Source: Thermoanaerobaculia bacterium
Lineage (GTDB): Bacteria; Acidobacteriota; Thermoanaerobaculia; Gp7-AA8
NCBI GenBank assembly: GCA_034664845.1
Contig: JAXDGW010000047.1
Location: 16,369 to 80,368 of the forward strand
Length of the DNA: 64,000 nt
Reading direction: 5' to 3'
The notes beneath the pieces were generated by a model. The model saw nothing but the letters and a program-made list of their open reading frames with translations. It did not search any database and was not told where the DNA came from. This document shows positions 1 to 10,016 of the stretch, in pieces. Positions within the stretch are counted from its first letter, which is position 1, and the number at the start of each line of letters is the position of its first letter. The position numbers and the translations under genes are program-made.

Positions 1-826
1 GCCGCAGCTTCGCGGCGTCGAGCATCAGTACGTGACCTATAAGCGCAAAGACGGCGTGACGATGTCGGCCACGTTGTACCTGCCGCCCGGCTACAAGAAG
101 GGCGAGCGCCTGCCGGTCATCATGTGGGCCTACCCGCGCGAATTCGGCGACGCCGACACGGCCAGCCAGGTCACCGGATCGCCAAACCGTTTCACGATCG
201 TGGGCGGCTACTCGCATCTCTTCCTGCTGCTGTCCGGCTACGCAATCTTCGACAATCCGACGATGCCGATCATCGGCGCGGGCGAGACGGCGAACGATAC
301 GTACGTCGATCAACTCGTCTCCAGCGCCGAGGCCGCGATCGACAAGGTTGTGGAGATGGGAGTGGGCGACCGCGACCGCATCGGCGTCGGTGGTCACAGC
401 TACGGCGCGTTCATGACCGCGAATCTGCTCGCGCACTCGCGCCTCTTCCGCGCCGGCTTCGCGGAGAGCGGCGCCTACAACCGCTCGCTGACGCCGTTCG
501 GTTTCCAGAGCGAGCGCCGCACGTTCTGGGAAGTCCCCGACCTCTACGCGAAGATGTCGCCGTTCTGGTACGCGGACAAGATCAAGGACCCGATCCTCCT
601 CATGCACGGCGAAGCCGACGACAATTCCGGCACGTTCCCCATCCAGTCCGAACGCTTCTACATGGCCCTCAAAGGCCACGGCGCAACCGTGCGTTACGTG
701 ACGCTCCCAAACGAAGCGCACGGCTACGCGGGACGGGAAACGCTGCTCGATGTGCTGGCGGAGAGGATCAACTGGTTCGACAAGTATGTGAAGGGGGCGG
801 GGGCGAGGGCCCAAGCTGCTCCTTAG
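1..826 (+). CDS. S9 family (prolyl oligopeptidase-like) peptidase, 5'-truncated by window edge
   Basis: GGHSYG nucleophile motif, HGEADDN acid region and EAHGY His in ORF 32..826; the reading frame appears to start before the window. Confidence 0.9.
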   Translation, partial: PQLRGVEHQYVTYKRKDGVTMSATLYLPPGYKKGERLPVIMWAYPREFGDADTASQVTGSPNRFTIVGGYSHLFLLLSGYAIFDNPTMPIIGAGETANDTYVDQLVSSAEAAIDKVVEMGVGDRDRIGVGGHSYGAFMTANLLAHSRLFRAGFAESGAYNRSLTPFGFQSERRTFWEVPDLYAKMSPFWYADKIKDPILLMHGEADDNSGTFPIQSERFYMALKGHGATVRYVTLPNEAHGYAGRETLLDVLAERINWFDKYVKGAGARAQAAP

Positions 827-837
827 AACGCGAGCTG

Positions 838-1001
838 CTGTCATCCTGAGCCGCCGAAGGACACGAAGTGCCCAAGGACGGTCGAAGGACCCCCCGCGCA
901 TTTGCAAGGGTGGGGTGGTGGCAAACAAACACTGCACAAGACCAGGGGGTCCTTCGAGCGTCCTCCGGCACTTCGTGTCCTACGGCGCCTCAGGATGACA
1001 G
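838..1001. repeat. Long palindromic REP-like element (CTGTCATCCTGAG...CTCAGGATGACAG)
   Basis: ~58-bp arms (838-896 vs ~944-1001) are near-perfect reverse complements; lies between convergent genes. Confidence 0.85.
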
Positions 1002-1024
1002 TACTGGCGGCAGCGCCCGCGGCC

Positions 1025-3817
1025 CTACTTCACCCCATCCCGCAAATTCACAATGTGCGCCGCCTTGACAGTTGTCGTACCGCCGGTGACCGTTGGCGGG
1101 TCAACATAAGAAATCGCGGCGAGCCCGATCGTCGAGCGCGCGAGATTGAGCGCGGTTCGAAGCTCGTTCTGGTGGGCGGCTTTGATCGTGAATCCGGATG
1201 CCAGCCCCGGGTCGGTGAATGATTGGGCGCCCAATCCCGCGGCGGCGCGCATCGCATTTACCGCGGTGCGCAGTTGCGTCACGTGGACGGCTTTTGCGGT
1301 GACGCCGGTGTTTAGCGGATCGTCAGTGAAGACGATCGTAGTGGCGGGATCGATGGGGCTGTAAGGGGACGTCGTGGCGCCATTGACCGCGCGCACTTTG
1401 TAGAGATAGGTCGTATTCGGGGTGAGACTCGTGTTGTTGTACGTCGTCGTCGGTGCAGTCGTTGTCGTCAGTGTCGCGAAGCCATTGCTGGCAGCGCCGA
1501 AATTCACGCTGCGCTGGATCTCGTATGTGGCCGCGCCTGCAACAGCGGACCACGAGATCGTCACTTGCGAGGAGCTCGTGGCAGTGGCAACTACATTTGC
1601 CGGTGTGGCCAGGGCGCCGCCAGCGCTTCCGGTAATCTCGAGGTGATTCGTCGCGCCGCTCAGATCGCGGTTAAGGGTGATCCACAGTTCATTGGCGCTG
1701 GTGCGGACCGAGGCGAAGTAATCGGCGTCGGCGACGAGGGTGACGCCGCCGAATTTCACACTCTGCGGATCGGCCCCGGCCGTGTAGTTGCTGACGATGA
1801 ACAGCGGCTTCTTGAGCGTCTTCCCGGAACCGACGGCAATGTTTGCATCGAGGCTGCTGCTGACCGCACTGAAGGCGAGCGCGCCATAGACGTGGTTGTA
1901 GCCGGCAGGTGCATAGGTCACGTTTGCGTCGGAACGGTTTACGCCTCCCGGACCGGCAGTAACAACTGACCCGATCCCGCCAGAAGTCGTCAGCGTCAGC
2001 GCCTGAACGGCCTCCACCTGCGCGACTTGCGCTTCCACGGGGAGGTTCGTGCGCTGGCCGAGAACGATGTAGGTCGAGTAACTCTTCTTCGGATATCCGG
2101 GAGCCGTGGCAGCGGACGATTCGACCGCACCGTTGTTGATCTGGTATGCGGTCTGACCGATGAAGCCGTACTGTGTCTTCCACGTCATCCGGGCGTTGTT
2201 CGAGGTCACGCCGTCCGCGTAGAAATTGTCGCCCATGGCCTGGTACGGCCAGTTGTCGCCATTGGGTATCGAGTGGCCCGGACCCGCACTCTGAACACCA
2301 TCTGCCTGGGTCTTGTGCCAGTAAGGAGTGATGTCGCTTCCAACGCCGAGGTCGCGAGCACCCCCGGCATCCTGTTGTGTGATCGTTTGCGTCTGCACGA
2401 TTCCGATCGTGGCGTCGTGCTTCGCGGGGTTTTCGGCAGTTAGGGGGCCGTCAAGCCATTCCTGCACGTACGGGACTGTGTTAGCTACCGTCCAGTTGAA
2501 CGGACTGTTCCAGGTAATTGCGGTTCCAGACGTATTCGTGGTGGTGAACTTGTAGCGATCCCCCCACGCCACCCCATTGAGGTCGGTGAATCCTTCGCCA
2601 TCAATGGCGAGCTCGCCGTACGGAGCGCGTGAGTCGTCATAGTATGTGTCTGCTGCGACCGGCTGCCCGCCCGTCGCAGCGATCTGATCAACGTCATAAG
2701 TAATTGCCCACAGTGGATTGTCGTGACCCGTCGAGAAGACCCAGTCAATCGTCACGGGCACATAGCGCGTGATGATCGAACCCGACGTCGGGCAGTTGCG
2801 AGGATAGAGCTGGGTGAAACGGAAAATGGCATGATGCCGTCCTTCGAAAATGCGCTGCCAGTGACCGGCGAATTGCATCCCGAGCGGGGAATCGTCCTTG
2901 CCGCCGCACCCTATGCTGTGCGAGGTGTGCGAGACGACGTAACCGAACCCGCCGTACGCCGCGTTTCCGTAGCCGGTTACGATCGCCGTTCGCGTCTGAC
3001 TATTCGACAACTGGTATTGAAACTCGCGCAGCGCGCCACCGTGAGCAACGCCGACTATCTGCGCGTCGTTGTGAGCGAGTGAAGCCACGCGCGGCTGGCC
3101 GTTGCTGTCGCGCCAGGTGAAGCGGTCACTCGTCATCCTGGCGTCTACGTCCGGACTGGGGGGATTGTGGAAGATGGGCCCCACCAGCACGTCGTGATCG
3201 ATCTGGATTGCATTGACGACCGTAGCCGTGGGCTGACCCAGAACCATGTCGTCAAAGTAGAGCACCGGCTGCAACGTATTCGTGTTGCCGACGATGTCGA
3301 TGCGATCAAAACTGGCAGCATTGAACGGCGAACCCGACAAACTCACAACAACTTCGGTCCAAGTACCAGCAACAGGAGACGGCACTGCAAAGGAAGCCGG
3401 GTTGTAAACGTTGTCGGTGGCCAGCCGGACGACGACGTTCTGACCTCCAGAGCCGCCCCCGTGAACCCAGAAACGAAGCACCGGATATGTGGCGGTGCTG
3501 ATGTTGCCACTACCATCGGGGTAGTGCAGGCTGACCCCATTTGCGAAGTGGTCTGGCGTGAAGGCGATGGATTTCGATCCGCCATGCACCGGCGTATCGT
3601 TGCTAAACTCGAAACCTCCGCCGTACGAGTAGTTGGGCCCATCGAACCCGTGCTGCAACGCGTCGTCGAAGATCGTGAGCGTCTGCGCGTGCGCGGAGAG
3701 TGCGACGAAGGCGGCGGCCAGGAACAGCCCCATCCTCCGAATCGCTTGTGTGGTTCGAGAGTGCGCTGAGGTCCGGTTTCGTATCATTTCGTCCCCATCG
3801 TAAACGGAAACGATCAA
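1025..3817 (-). CDS. Large secreted/surface protein: carbohydrate-binding-like N domain, unknown core, fibronectin type III domain, repeated C-terminal tail
   Basis: Signal peptide MGLFLAAAFVALSAHA (true start probably ~3733-3787); FN3 motifs (WSAVAGAATYEIQRS, LTPNTTYLYKVRAVN); three KAxHxxxLR repeats at the C-terminus. Confidence 0.75.
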   Translation of the reverse strand: MIVSVYDGDEMIRNRTSAHSRTTQAIRRMGLFLAAAFVALSAHAQTLTIFDDALQHGFDGPNYSYGGGFEFSNDTPVHGGSKSIAFTPDHFANGVSLHYPDGSGNISTATYPVLRFWVHGGGSGGQNVVVRLATDNVYNPASFAVPSPVAGTWTEVVVSLSGSPFNAASFDRIDIVGNTNTLQPVLYFDDMVLGQPTATVVNAIQIDHDVLVGPIFHNPPSPDVDARMTSDRFTWRDSNGQPRVASLAHNDAQIVGVAHGGALREFQYQLSNSQTRTAIVTGYGNAAYGGFGYVVSHTSHSIGCGGKDDSPLGMQFAGHWQRIFEGRHHAIFRFTQLYPRNCPTSGSIITRYVPVTIDWVFSTGHDNPLWAITYDVDQIAATGGQPVAADTYYDDSRAPYGELAIDGEGFTDLNGVAWGDRYKFTTTNTSGTAITWNSPFNWTVANTVPYVQEWLDGPLTAENPAKHDATIGIVQTQTITQQDAGGARDLGVGSDITPYWHKTQADGVQSAGPGHSIPNGDNWPYQAMGDNFYADGVTSNNARMTWKTQYGFIGQTAYQINNGAVESSAATAPGYPKKSYSTYIVLGQRTNLPVEAQVAQVEAVQALTLTTSGGIGSVVTAGPGGVNRSDANVTYAPAGYNHVYGALAFSAVSSSLDANIAVGSGKTLKKPLFIVSNYTAGADPQSVKFGGVTLVADADYFASVRTSANELWITLNRDLSGATNHLEITGSAGGALATPANVVATATSSSQVTISWSAVAGAATYEIQRSVNFGAASNGFATLTTTTAPTTTYNNTSLTPNTTYLYKVRAVNGATTSPYSPIDPATTIVFTDDPLNTGVTAKAVHVTQLRTAVNAMRAAAGLGAQSFTDPGLASGFTIKAAHQNELRTALNLARSTIGLAAISYVDPPTVTGGTTTVKAAHIVNLRDGVK

Positions 3818-3970
3818 CGCCGCAGTTGGGTCCGGTTCGATTGGTCACCATTAACCAACTACATCGGTGATGCGACGCATCCCGATTTTTTGCAGAGCCC
3901 TTGCTGCTCGCCGCTATCCCATCGGGCTCGCGCGCGGCGCGTCCCTGAACGCCAACCGGCGATCGGTTCC

Positions 3971-6900
3971 TCACCGCTCCGGCCGGATCGCGGTCGCGGG
4001 AACCGGCTCACCGAAGAGGTATCCCTGCACGTCCTGACAGCCTTGCTCGCGCAGAAACTCGAGCTGGCGCTCCGTCTCGACGCCTTCCGCCGTCACGCGG
4101 AGACGGAGACCCCGGGCCATCCCGATGACGGCGGAGACGATGGCGCGGTCGGCGGCGCTTGCTTCGATCTCCTGCACGAACTCCTGATCGATCTTCACGC
4201 TGTCGATCGGAAAGCTGCGCAGGTAGTTGAGCGATGAGTGGCCGGTGCCGAAGTCGTCGATCGCGATCTGCACGCCCATTTCGCGCAGCTTGTGAAGTGT
4301 GACGATCGTACGGGCCGTGTTCTGCATCGCCAGACTCTCGGTGATCTCGAGCTCGAGATCGCCGGGCGCGAGGCCGGACAATTCGAGTGCCGAGGCAATC
4401 ACCTGCGGCAGATCGGAGTGCTGGAATTGCCGGGGCGAAAGATTGACGGCCATCCGAAAGCTCGATGAGCCGCGCGTCTGCCACGCTTTGGCCTGGCGGC
4501 AGGCTTCGCGCAAGACCCACTCCCCGATCGGCACGATCAAGCTCGTCTCCTCGGCGACCGGGATGAAGTCCTTCGGGCCGACGAGTCCGAACCCCGGCCT
4601 GTTCCAGCGCAGAAGCGCCTCGACGCCGGTGATTCGTCCGCTGGCGATGTTGATCTGCGGCTGGTAGTAGAGCTCCAACTCGCCGCGCTCGAGGGCATAG
4701 CGAAGATCGCTCTCGAGTGACAGGCGCTCCAGCGCGCGGCTGTTCATGGCCGGCGTGAACATCTGGTAGGCATTCCGACCGGCGTCTTTGGCGCGGTACA
4801 TGGCGTGGTCCGCATTCGCGAGCAGCGCTTCGGCCGTGTCGCCGTCGCTCGGGAAAAGTGCGATGCCGATGCTGGTCGTGAGAAACAGCTCGGTGCCGTC
4901 GATGCGCAGCGGCTGGGCCACGGTGTCGAGCACTTTCTGCGCGATCTTCGCGGCGTCGTTGCTCGTCTTGAGATCGGCCAGAAGGACGGTGAACTCGTCG
5001 CCGCCCATCCGCGCGACGGAATCCTCCTCGCGGAGAGCGCCCTGCAGCCGGATCGCGACCGCTTTCAGGAACTCGTCGCCGATCGAATGGCCGAGGGTGT
5101 CGTTGACGACCTTGAAGCGATCGAGATCGAGGAACATCACCGCCAGCGGATGCTTCAGGCGCCGCGCATGCGCGAGCGCGACGGTCAGACGGTCGCGAAA
5201 AAGGCGCCGGTTCGGCAGACCAGTCAGCGCATCGTGGTACGCCTGATACTCGATGTGCTCTTCGACTTGTTTGCGCTCGGTGACGTCGCGCGAAACGCCC
5301 ACGATCTCGCGGACTTCGCCCGTGATCCCGTCGCGCACGCTGCGGCTCGTCGTCTCGAACCAGACCAGCGAGCCATCCTTTTTCTCGACGCGATACGCAA
5401 ACGTCGTCGGCCCCGACTCGTGAATCAGCGTGGAGAGATGACGCACCTCATCGCGATCGGGCTCGAAAATGAAATCGAAGAAGAGCCGCCCGACCAGTTC
5501 GGCAGGCTCGTATCCGAGGAGGCGCCGGCAGGCATCGGATGCGTAAAGGAGGACGCCGCGGCTCGAGGTTCGCGAGATCATGTCGGTGGAGTTTTCGGCC
5601 ATGAGGCGATACCGCGCCTCGCTGTCGCGCAACGCCTCCTCGGCCATCCGGCGCTCGGTCACCTCGTTGTGCACCCCGATCGATCCGATGACGTTGCCGT
5701 CGACGTCCACCTGCGGCGCGCCGCCGATCTCGAGCCAGATCACCGTGCCGTCCTTGCGGCGGACGCGCACTTCGTACTGATCGGCGATCTTGCGAAGCCG
5801 CAGTCCTGTTTTCTCACGCATCACGGCCACGTCTTCCGGATAGGCCAGAAGCCGTTCGCCGGGCATTCCGATGAGCTCTTCGCGGCCGTATCCGACCATC
5901 TCGCAGAAGCGGTCATTGACGAACTGGAGCCGGCCTTCGATGTCTGCCTGCGCCAATCCCTCGCGCATCCTCTCGACCAGCAGGCGGTAGCGCTCCTCAC
6001 TCTCGCGCAGCGCGTTCTCGGTGAGCTTGCGATCGGTGATGTCGATGACGGTCCCTTCGAGGATATCGGGATCGCCCTCGATCAGATGAACGCTCTCGAC
6101 GAGCCAGCAAGGGCGGCCGTCCTTTCGGCGCAGCGAGATCTCGTGGCTGGTCATCATCCGCTCGCGGCGGAGCGTGCCGATGAATTCGTCGCGTTCCCCC
6201 GGCTCGAGGTAGAGGTCTCGGGCGGAATACTCCATCAGCTCTTCGCGTGAGGAATAGCCGAGGATCGTGGCCATCGCTTCGTTGCAATCGAGAATGCGTC
6301 CCTCGATCGTGTTGCGATAGACACCGGCGAGGTTGCGCTCGAACAGGAGGCGATGCTGCTGCTCGCTGCTGCGCAACGCTGCCTCGGTGCGATGGCGCTG
6401 AATGGCATTGACGAAGATCTCGCCGATGATGCGCAGGAGCGAGGCGGCGTCATCGCTCCAGGTTCTCCGCTCGGCCGAGGCGACGCCGAACGCACCGATG
6501 AAGACGTGGTTGTAGATCATCGGCACAATGGCCACGGAACGGTTGCCTGCGCGCTCGTATGCATTCCGGTCAGCCGAGGCATCGTCCGGAAGATCGTCGA
6601 CCGAGAGGGTCACCCGCTCGAGCTGTTTCAATTGCTGGGAGCTGAATGGAAAGGTCGAAAAGGAGACCGAGCCCCCAAGGCCGCGCGCGACGCTCGGATC
6701 GGCGTTCCACTCGTGCGCAAGAACCCCCGTTTCTCGATCGTCGTTGGCCATGTAGATGAAGGCGCGGTCGGCGCCGACAAATCGGCCCACGCCCTCCAGC
6801 GCCGCGGCGATTTCCCGCCCGAGGTCGGCGGCGGCAACGTTGATGAAGTTCGTGGAGATGCCGGAAATCAGCTTCTCAAACGCCAGACGGTGCTCCAGCA

Positions 6901-7000
6901 TCTCGTGCGCTGACCCGCCGTCCGGTTCCTTGACTGGAATCACTTCAGACAATCGACTCTCCCGAATGCATGTTCCGGATTGAAGTCGATACGTTAGCAC
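3971..7000 (-). CDS. GAF-PAS-PAS-PAS-GGDEF-EAL diguanylate cyclase/phosphodiesterase
   Basis: Intact GGDEF with RxxD I-site (REED), VEALLRW and DDFGTG, three PAS repeats ending DITDRK/EVTERR/DVTERK; start uncertain (GTG ~6943 plausible). Confidence 0.93.
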   Translation of the reverse strand: MLTYRLQSGTCIRESRLSEVIPVKEPDGGSAHEMLEHRLAFEKLISGISTNFINVAAADLGREIAAALEGVGRFVGADRAFIYMANDDRETGVLAHEWNADPSVARGLGGSVSFSTFPFSSQQLKQLERVTLSVDDLPDDASADRNAYERAGNRSVAIVPMIYNHVFIGAFGVASAERRTWSDDAASLLRIIGEIFVNAIQRHRTEAALRSSEQQHRLLFERNLAGVYRNTIEGRILDCNEAMATILGYSSREELMEYSARDLYLEPGERDEFIGTLRRERMMTSHEISLRRKDGRPCWLVESVHLIEGDPDILEGTVIDITDRKLTENALRESEERYRLLVERMREGLAQADIEGRLQFVNDRFCEMVGYGREELIGMPGERLLAYPEDVAVMREKTGLRLRKIADQYEVRVRRKDGTVIWLEIGGAPQVDVDGNVIGSIGVHNEVTERRMAEEALRDSEARYRLMAENSTDMISRTSSRGVLLYASDACRRLLGYEPAELVGRLFFDFIFEPDRDEVRHLSTLIHESGPTTFAYRVEKKDGSLVWFETTSRSVRDGITGEVREIVGVSRDVTERKQVEEHIEYQAYHDALTGLPNRRLFRDRLTVALAHARRLKHPLAVMFLDLDRFKVVNDTLGHSIGDEFLKAVAIRLQGALREEDSVARMGGDEFTVLLADLKTSNDAAKIAQKVLDTVAQPLRIDGTELFLTTSIGIALFPSDGDTAEALLANADHAMYRAKDAGRNAYQMFTPAMNSRALERLSLESDLRYALERGELELYYQPQINIASGRITGVEALLRWNRPGFGLVGPKDFIPVAEETSLIVPIGEWVLREACRQAKAWQTRGSSSFRMAVNLSPRQFQHSDLPQVIASALELSGLAPGDLELEITESLAMQNTARTIVTLHKLREMGVQIAIDDFGTGHSSLNYLRSFPIDSVKIDQEFVQEIEASAADRAIVSAVIGMARGLRLRVTAEGVETERQLEFLREQGCQDVQGYLFGEPVPATAIRPER

Positions 7001-7084
7001 CCAACAAGCGCAGCGCTCCAGACCTCGTGACCACCAGACTCTACTTCGGCAGTCGGGCTCGCGTCCTGCTTTAGAATCGAAGAC

Positions 7085-7573
7085 ATGAGAAACCTCCTCG
7101 TCGCTGCGACCATCCTCGGCGCGATCATCCTGGCAGCCTGCTCCTCATCAGCCCCGGCGGCACAGGGGCCAAAAGCCAACATTCCGCGGCCTGACTACGA
7201 GCTCCGCCAGATCGTTGGACCTGCCGAGGAAAACTACGACGAGGGAGACATCGAGGTGAAGTACCGCCTCGATATCGGCAATCGCGCGGACGTGGCGATC
7301 ACTCTGGCCCGAGTGGATATCGTGACGGTCAACCCGCCGGGCGGCGCGTACACCCTCGACCCCGCGCATCGTGTCTATTACTTTCGCAGAGTGATCGATC
7401 CGCACCACACCGCCTCGATCGAGTTCTGGGCCAAGGCGATCGGCTACGGCCGCAGCATGCGCGACAGCGAGCCGGTGACAGTACGCGGCAATCTCTACTT
7501 CGAGTCCCCCAGCGGTTACCTGCGCGAGGTATTCGTGAAGGAGCTCGGTCAGTACGCGGGGCAGAATGATTAG
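7085..7573 (+). CDS. Hypothetical lipoprotein
   Basis: Lipobox LAAC after a hydrophobic leader. Confidence 0.75.
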   Translation: MRNLLVAATILGAIILAACSSSAPAAQGPKANIPRPDYELRQIVGPAEENYDEGDIEVKYRLDIGNRADVAITLARVDIVTVNPPGGAYTLDPAHRVYYFRRVIDPHHTASIEFWAKAIGYGRSMRDSEPVTVRGNLYFESPSGYLREVFVKELGQYAGQND

Positions 7574-7654
7574 ATAGGGATCAGGGATCAGCGATCCTTT
7601 TTGATCTTGCGCCCTGATAGTCTCTCGCCCGTCCCCGATCTATCTCCGATCCCG
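7573..7654. repeat. Intergenic inverted heptamer repeat (GGGATCA-type)
   Basis: gatagggatcagggatcagcgatc followed by a degenerate complementary arm ccctgat...ccccgatc...ccgatcccg. Confidence 0.55.
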
Positions 7655-7669
7655 TAATATGCGCGCCGA

Positions 7670-8410
7670 ATGCTTCGAACGATCTGGACCATCATCGTTG
7701 CCGTCGCGGTGACGATTCCGTGCGCGAGCGCGGTGCTGATCATCGCCATGCTGTCGTCGGCATCGCCGTGGATTGAGCCGATCATCCGGCTCTGGGCGCG
7801 CCTGATCGTTTGGGGAGCGGGGATCGATCTACGCACCGAGGGAACCGAGGGCATCGATCGCAGCAAACGCTACATCCTCATCGCCAACCACCACTCGTAC
7901 TTCGACATCCCCTGCATCTTTGCCGCGATCCCGCAACCGATCCGGTTCATGGCCAAGAAGAGCCTTTTCAGCATCCCGATCTTCGGATGGGCCATCGGAC
8001 GGGCGGGATTCATTCCGATCGATCGAAAGAACCGGCGCACGGCAGTGAAATCATTCGATCTCGCCGTCGAGCGGATCCGGCGCGGCAACACGATCGTCAT
8101 CTTCCCGGAAGAAGGGCGCTCGCGCGAAGTGGCCATGAGGCCGTTTCAGCGCGGCGCGTTCCTCCTGGCCATCCGTTCAGAGCTGCCGATCCTCCCGATC
8201 GCGATCGAAGGGACGTACGAGGTGCACCGCGTCGGCGCAAAACGAATTACGCCGGGTCCCGTGACGATCCGCGTCGGAACAGAGATCGAGACGGCGGGAG
8301 TTGGCGTCCGCGCCAAAGAGTCGCTGAGCGTGCAGTCGCGGGGACAGATCGAGGCGATGCTGGCGGGAGAAAACCATTCGACCACAGAGACGCAGAGAGC
8401 ACAGAGTTGA
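7670..8410 (+). CDS. plsC: 1-acyl-sn-glycerol-3-phosphate acyltransferase
   Basis: NHHSYFD (NHxSxxD), FIPIDR and FPEEGRS motifs. Confidence 0.9.
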   Translation: MLRTIWTIIVAVAVTIPCASAVLIIAMLSSASPWIEPIIRLWARLIVWGAGIDLRTEGTEGIDRSKRYILIANHHSYFDIPCIFAAIPQPIRFMAKKSLFSIPIFGWAIGRAGFIPIDRKNRRTAVKSFDLAVERIRRGNTIVIFPEEGRSREVAMRPFQRGAFLLAIRSELPILPIAIEGTYEVHRVGAKRITPGPVTIRVGTEIETAGVGVRAKESLSVQSRGQIEAMLAGENHSTTETQRAQS

Positions 8411-8458
8411 ACTGATTTAGTTGAACTGATCCCTCTGTGCTCTCTGCGTCTCCGTGGT
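8381..8458. repeat. Inverted 9-mer repeat hairpin overlapping the plsC 3' end
   Basis: ACCACAGAGACGCAGAGAGCACAGAG (8381-8406) vs CTCTGTGCTCTCTGCGTCTCCGTGGT (8433-8458). Confidence 0.85.
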
Positions 8459-8474
8459 GATTGGGTTTTGGTGA

Positions 8475-9821
8475 TCAACGAATTGCAGCAGTCACGTCCC
8501 GGCAATCGGAACCGCCCAGCGTCCGCACCTCGATCGTGAAACGGTCCGCAACGATGCGGCCGGCGATCGGAGTGGTATTGCGAAGGAAGCGCGCCGCCAG
8601 CGCGCTGGCGTCGCCGGGAACCTCAATCGCAATCGAGCGGATCGTCTCCGTTGGCGTGGTGCCTCCGCCCAGCGCGCACTGGCTTTCGACGACACGGCAC
8701 GAAGTCCCCTGCACCATCTCGTCCGCGCGTCTGCGCAACACTTCCAGCGGCGTGGCCAGCATCCGGTAGATGGGGATCTCCGTCTCGTACCTGCCCGTCG
8801 CGAATGCGCGCAACGTCTCGGCGAGCACGGCGTACGACTCCTTGCCGGCACGCAGCGCGCGCATGAGCGGATGCTTGCGGCAACGGTTGATGATCTCTTC
8901 GGGACCCAGGATCAAACCGCCCTGCGTGGCGCCGATCAGTTTGTCGGTCGAGCAGGCGATGGCATCGACGCCGCTGGCGAGAAGCTCGCGGATCGTCGGT
9001 TGCCGCGAGAAACCGTACGGCGACAGATCGACCACCCTCCCGCTCCCCTCGTCGTAGAGCAACGGCAAGGCGTGGTCACGCGCGACGGCCACGAGTTGAT
9101 CGATCGAAGGCATTTCCGTGAAGCCGACGATCTCGAAATTCGAGCGATGAACGCGCAGGATGGCCGCCGTCTCGCTGGAGGCAGCCTCGTCGAAATCGGC
9201 AGCGTGCGTCCGGTTGGTCGTCCCCACTTCCCGCAACCGCGCTCCTCCCTGCTGAATCACATCGGGGACGCGGAACGAGCCGCCGATCTCGACCAGCTCG
9301 CCGCGCGAGACGATCACTTCGCGCCCCGAGGCAACGGCGGCGAGGAGGAGAAGCGTGCCGGCGGCGTTGTTGTTCGCCAGGATCGCCGATTCGCAGCCGA
9401 ACAGCGTGCGGCACAACGCCGTCAGATGCTCGTCGCGCCGCCCCCGCGATCCTTCCTCGACGTCGAATTCGAGGTTGGAGTAGTTGGTGGTGACGGCAGC
9501 GGCACGCGACCAGAGATCCGGATCGATGGGCGAGCGCCCAAGGTTCGTGTGGATGATGACGCCGGTGCCGTTGATCACGGGGCGAAGCGTCGATGCGGTC
9601 GCATTGGCAAGCCGCGCCCGAACGTCGCCGGTGGCGACGCTCTCATCATACGGAGCGCGATCGCGGCGAATCGTCTCGAGGTGGAGACATACGGCGTCTT
9701 TGACGCGCTCCCGTCCGAATTCTGCGACCGTCTCTTTCAACGCATCGCTGGAGAGAATCCGCTCGACGGACGGGATGCGGCGCAGCGCGGAATCTCGCGA
9801 GTCGGGAGTCGTTTTAGGCAC
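8475..9821 (-). CDS. selA: L-seryl-tRNA(Sec) selenium transferase
   Basis: INGTGVIIHTNLGRS, SNLEFD, SRGELVEIGGSFR, EVGTTNRT and PLP-lysine STDKLIG motifs. Confidence 0.95.
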   Translation of the reverse strand: MPKTTPDSRDSALRRIPSVERILSSDALKETVAEFGRERVKDAVCLHLETIRRDRAPYDESVATGDVRARLANATASTLRPVINGTGVIIHTNLGRSPIDPDLWSRAAAVTTNYSNLEFDVEEGSRGRRDEHLTALCRTLFGCESAILANNNAAGTLLLLAAVASGREVIVSRGELVEIGGSFRVPDVIQQGGARLREVGTTNRTHAADFDEAASSETAAILRVHRSNFEIVGFTEMPSIDQLVAVARDHALPLLYDEGSGRVVDLSPYGFSRQPTIRELLASGVDAIACSTDKLIGATQGGLILGPEEIINRCRKHPLMRALRAGKESYAVLAETLRAFATGRYETEIPIYRMLATPLEVLRRRADEMVQGTSCRVVESQCALGGGTTPTETIRSIAIEVPGDASALAARFLRNTTPIAGRIVADRFTIEVRTLGGSDCRDVTAAIR

Positions 9822-9857
9822 GGAGGCGTATTGTAGTGGCGAGCCGAAGGCGCCGGC

Positions 9858-10016
9858 TGTCGGGACCTCGGGTGTCGGGTGTCAGCTGTCCGGTGTCGGG
9901 AATTCAAAACCAACGCTAGACACTGACAGCCGGCACCCGATTGCCGCCATCCGACAACTGACATTCGACACCTGACACCCAACACCCGACACCCGAGAGC
10001 CGACACCCGACACCCG
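9858..10016. repeat. Inverted heptamer microsatellite (TGTCGGG)n...(CCCGACA)n
   Basis: Degenerate tandem units on both arms, between divergent genes. Confidence 0.85.

Noticed and set aside
4805-6250. Long antisense ORFs (also 18147, 21747, 29078, 34534, 44689, 52363 and 59352)
   Set aside because: Shadow frames expected in high-GC coding DNA; no motifs.
9858-10016. Possible CRISPR array in the tandem repeats (also 53540-53713 and 35871-36158)
   Set aside because: Units are 7-8 nt without unique spacers, or only 2-3 copies in mixed orientation; no cas genes.
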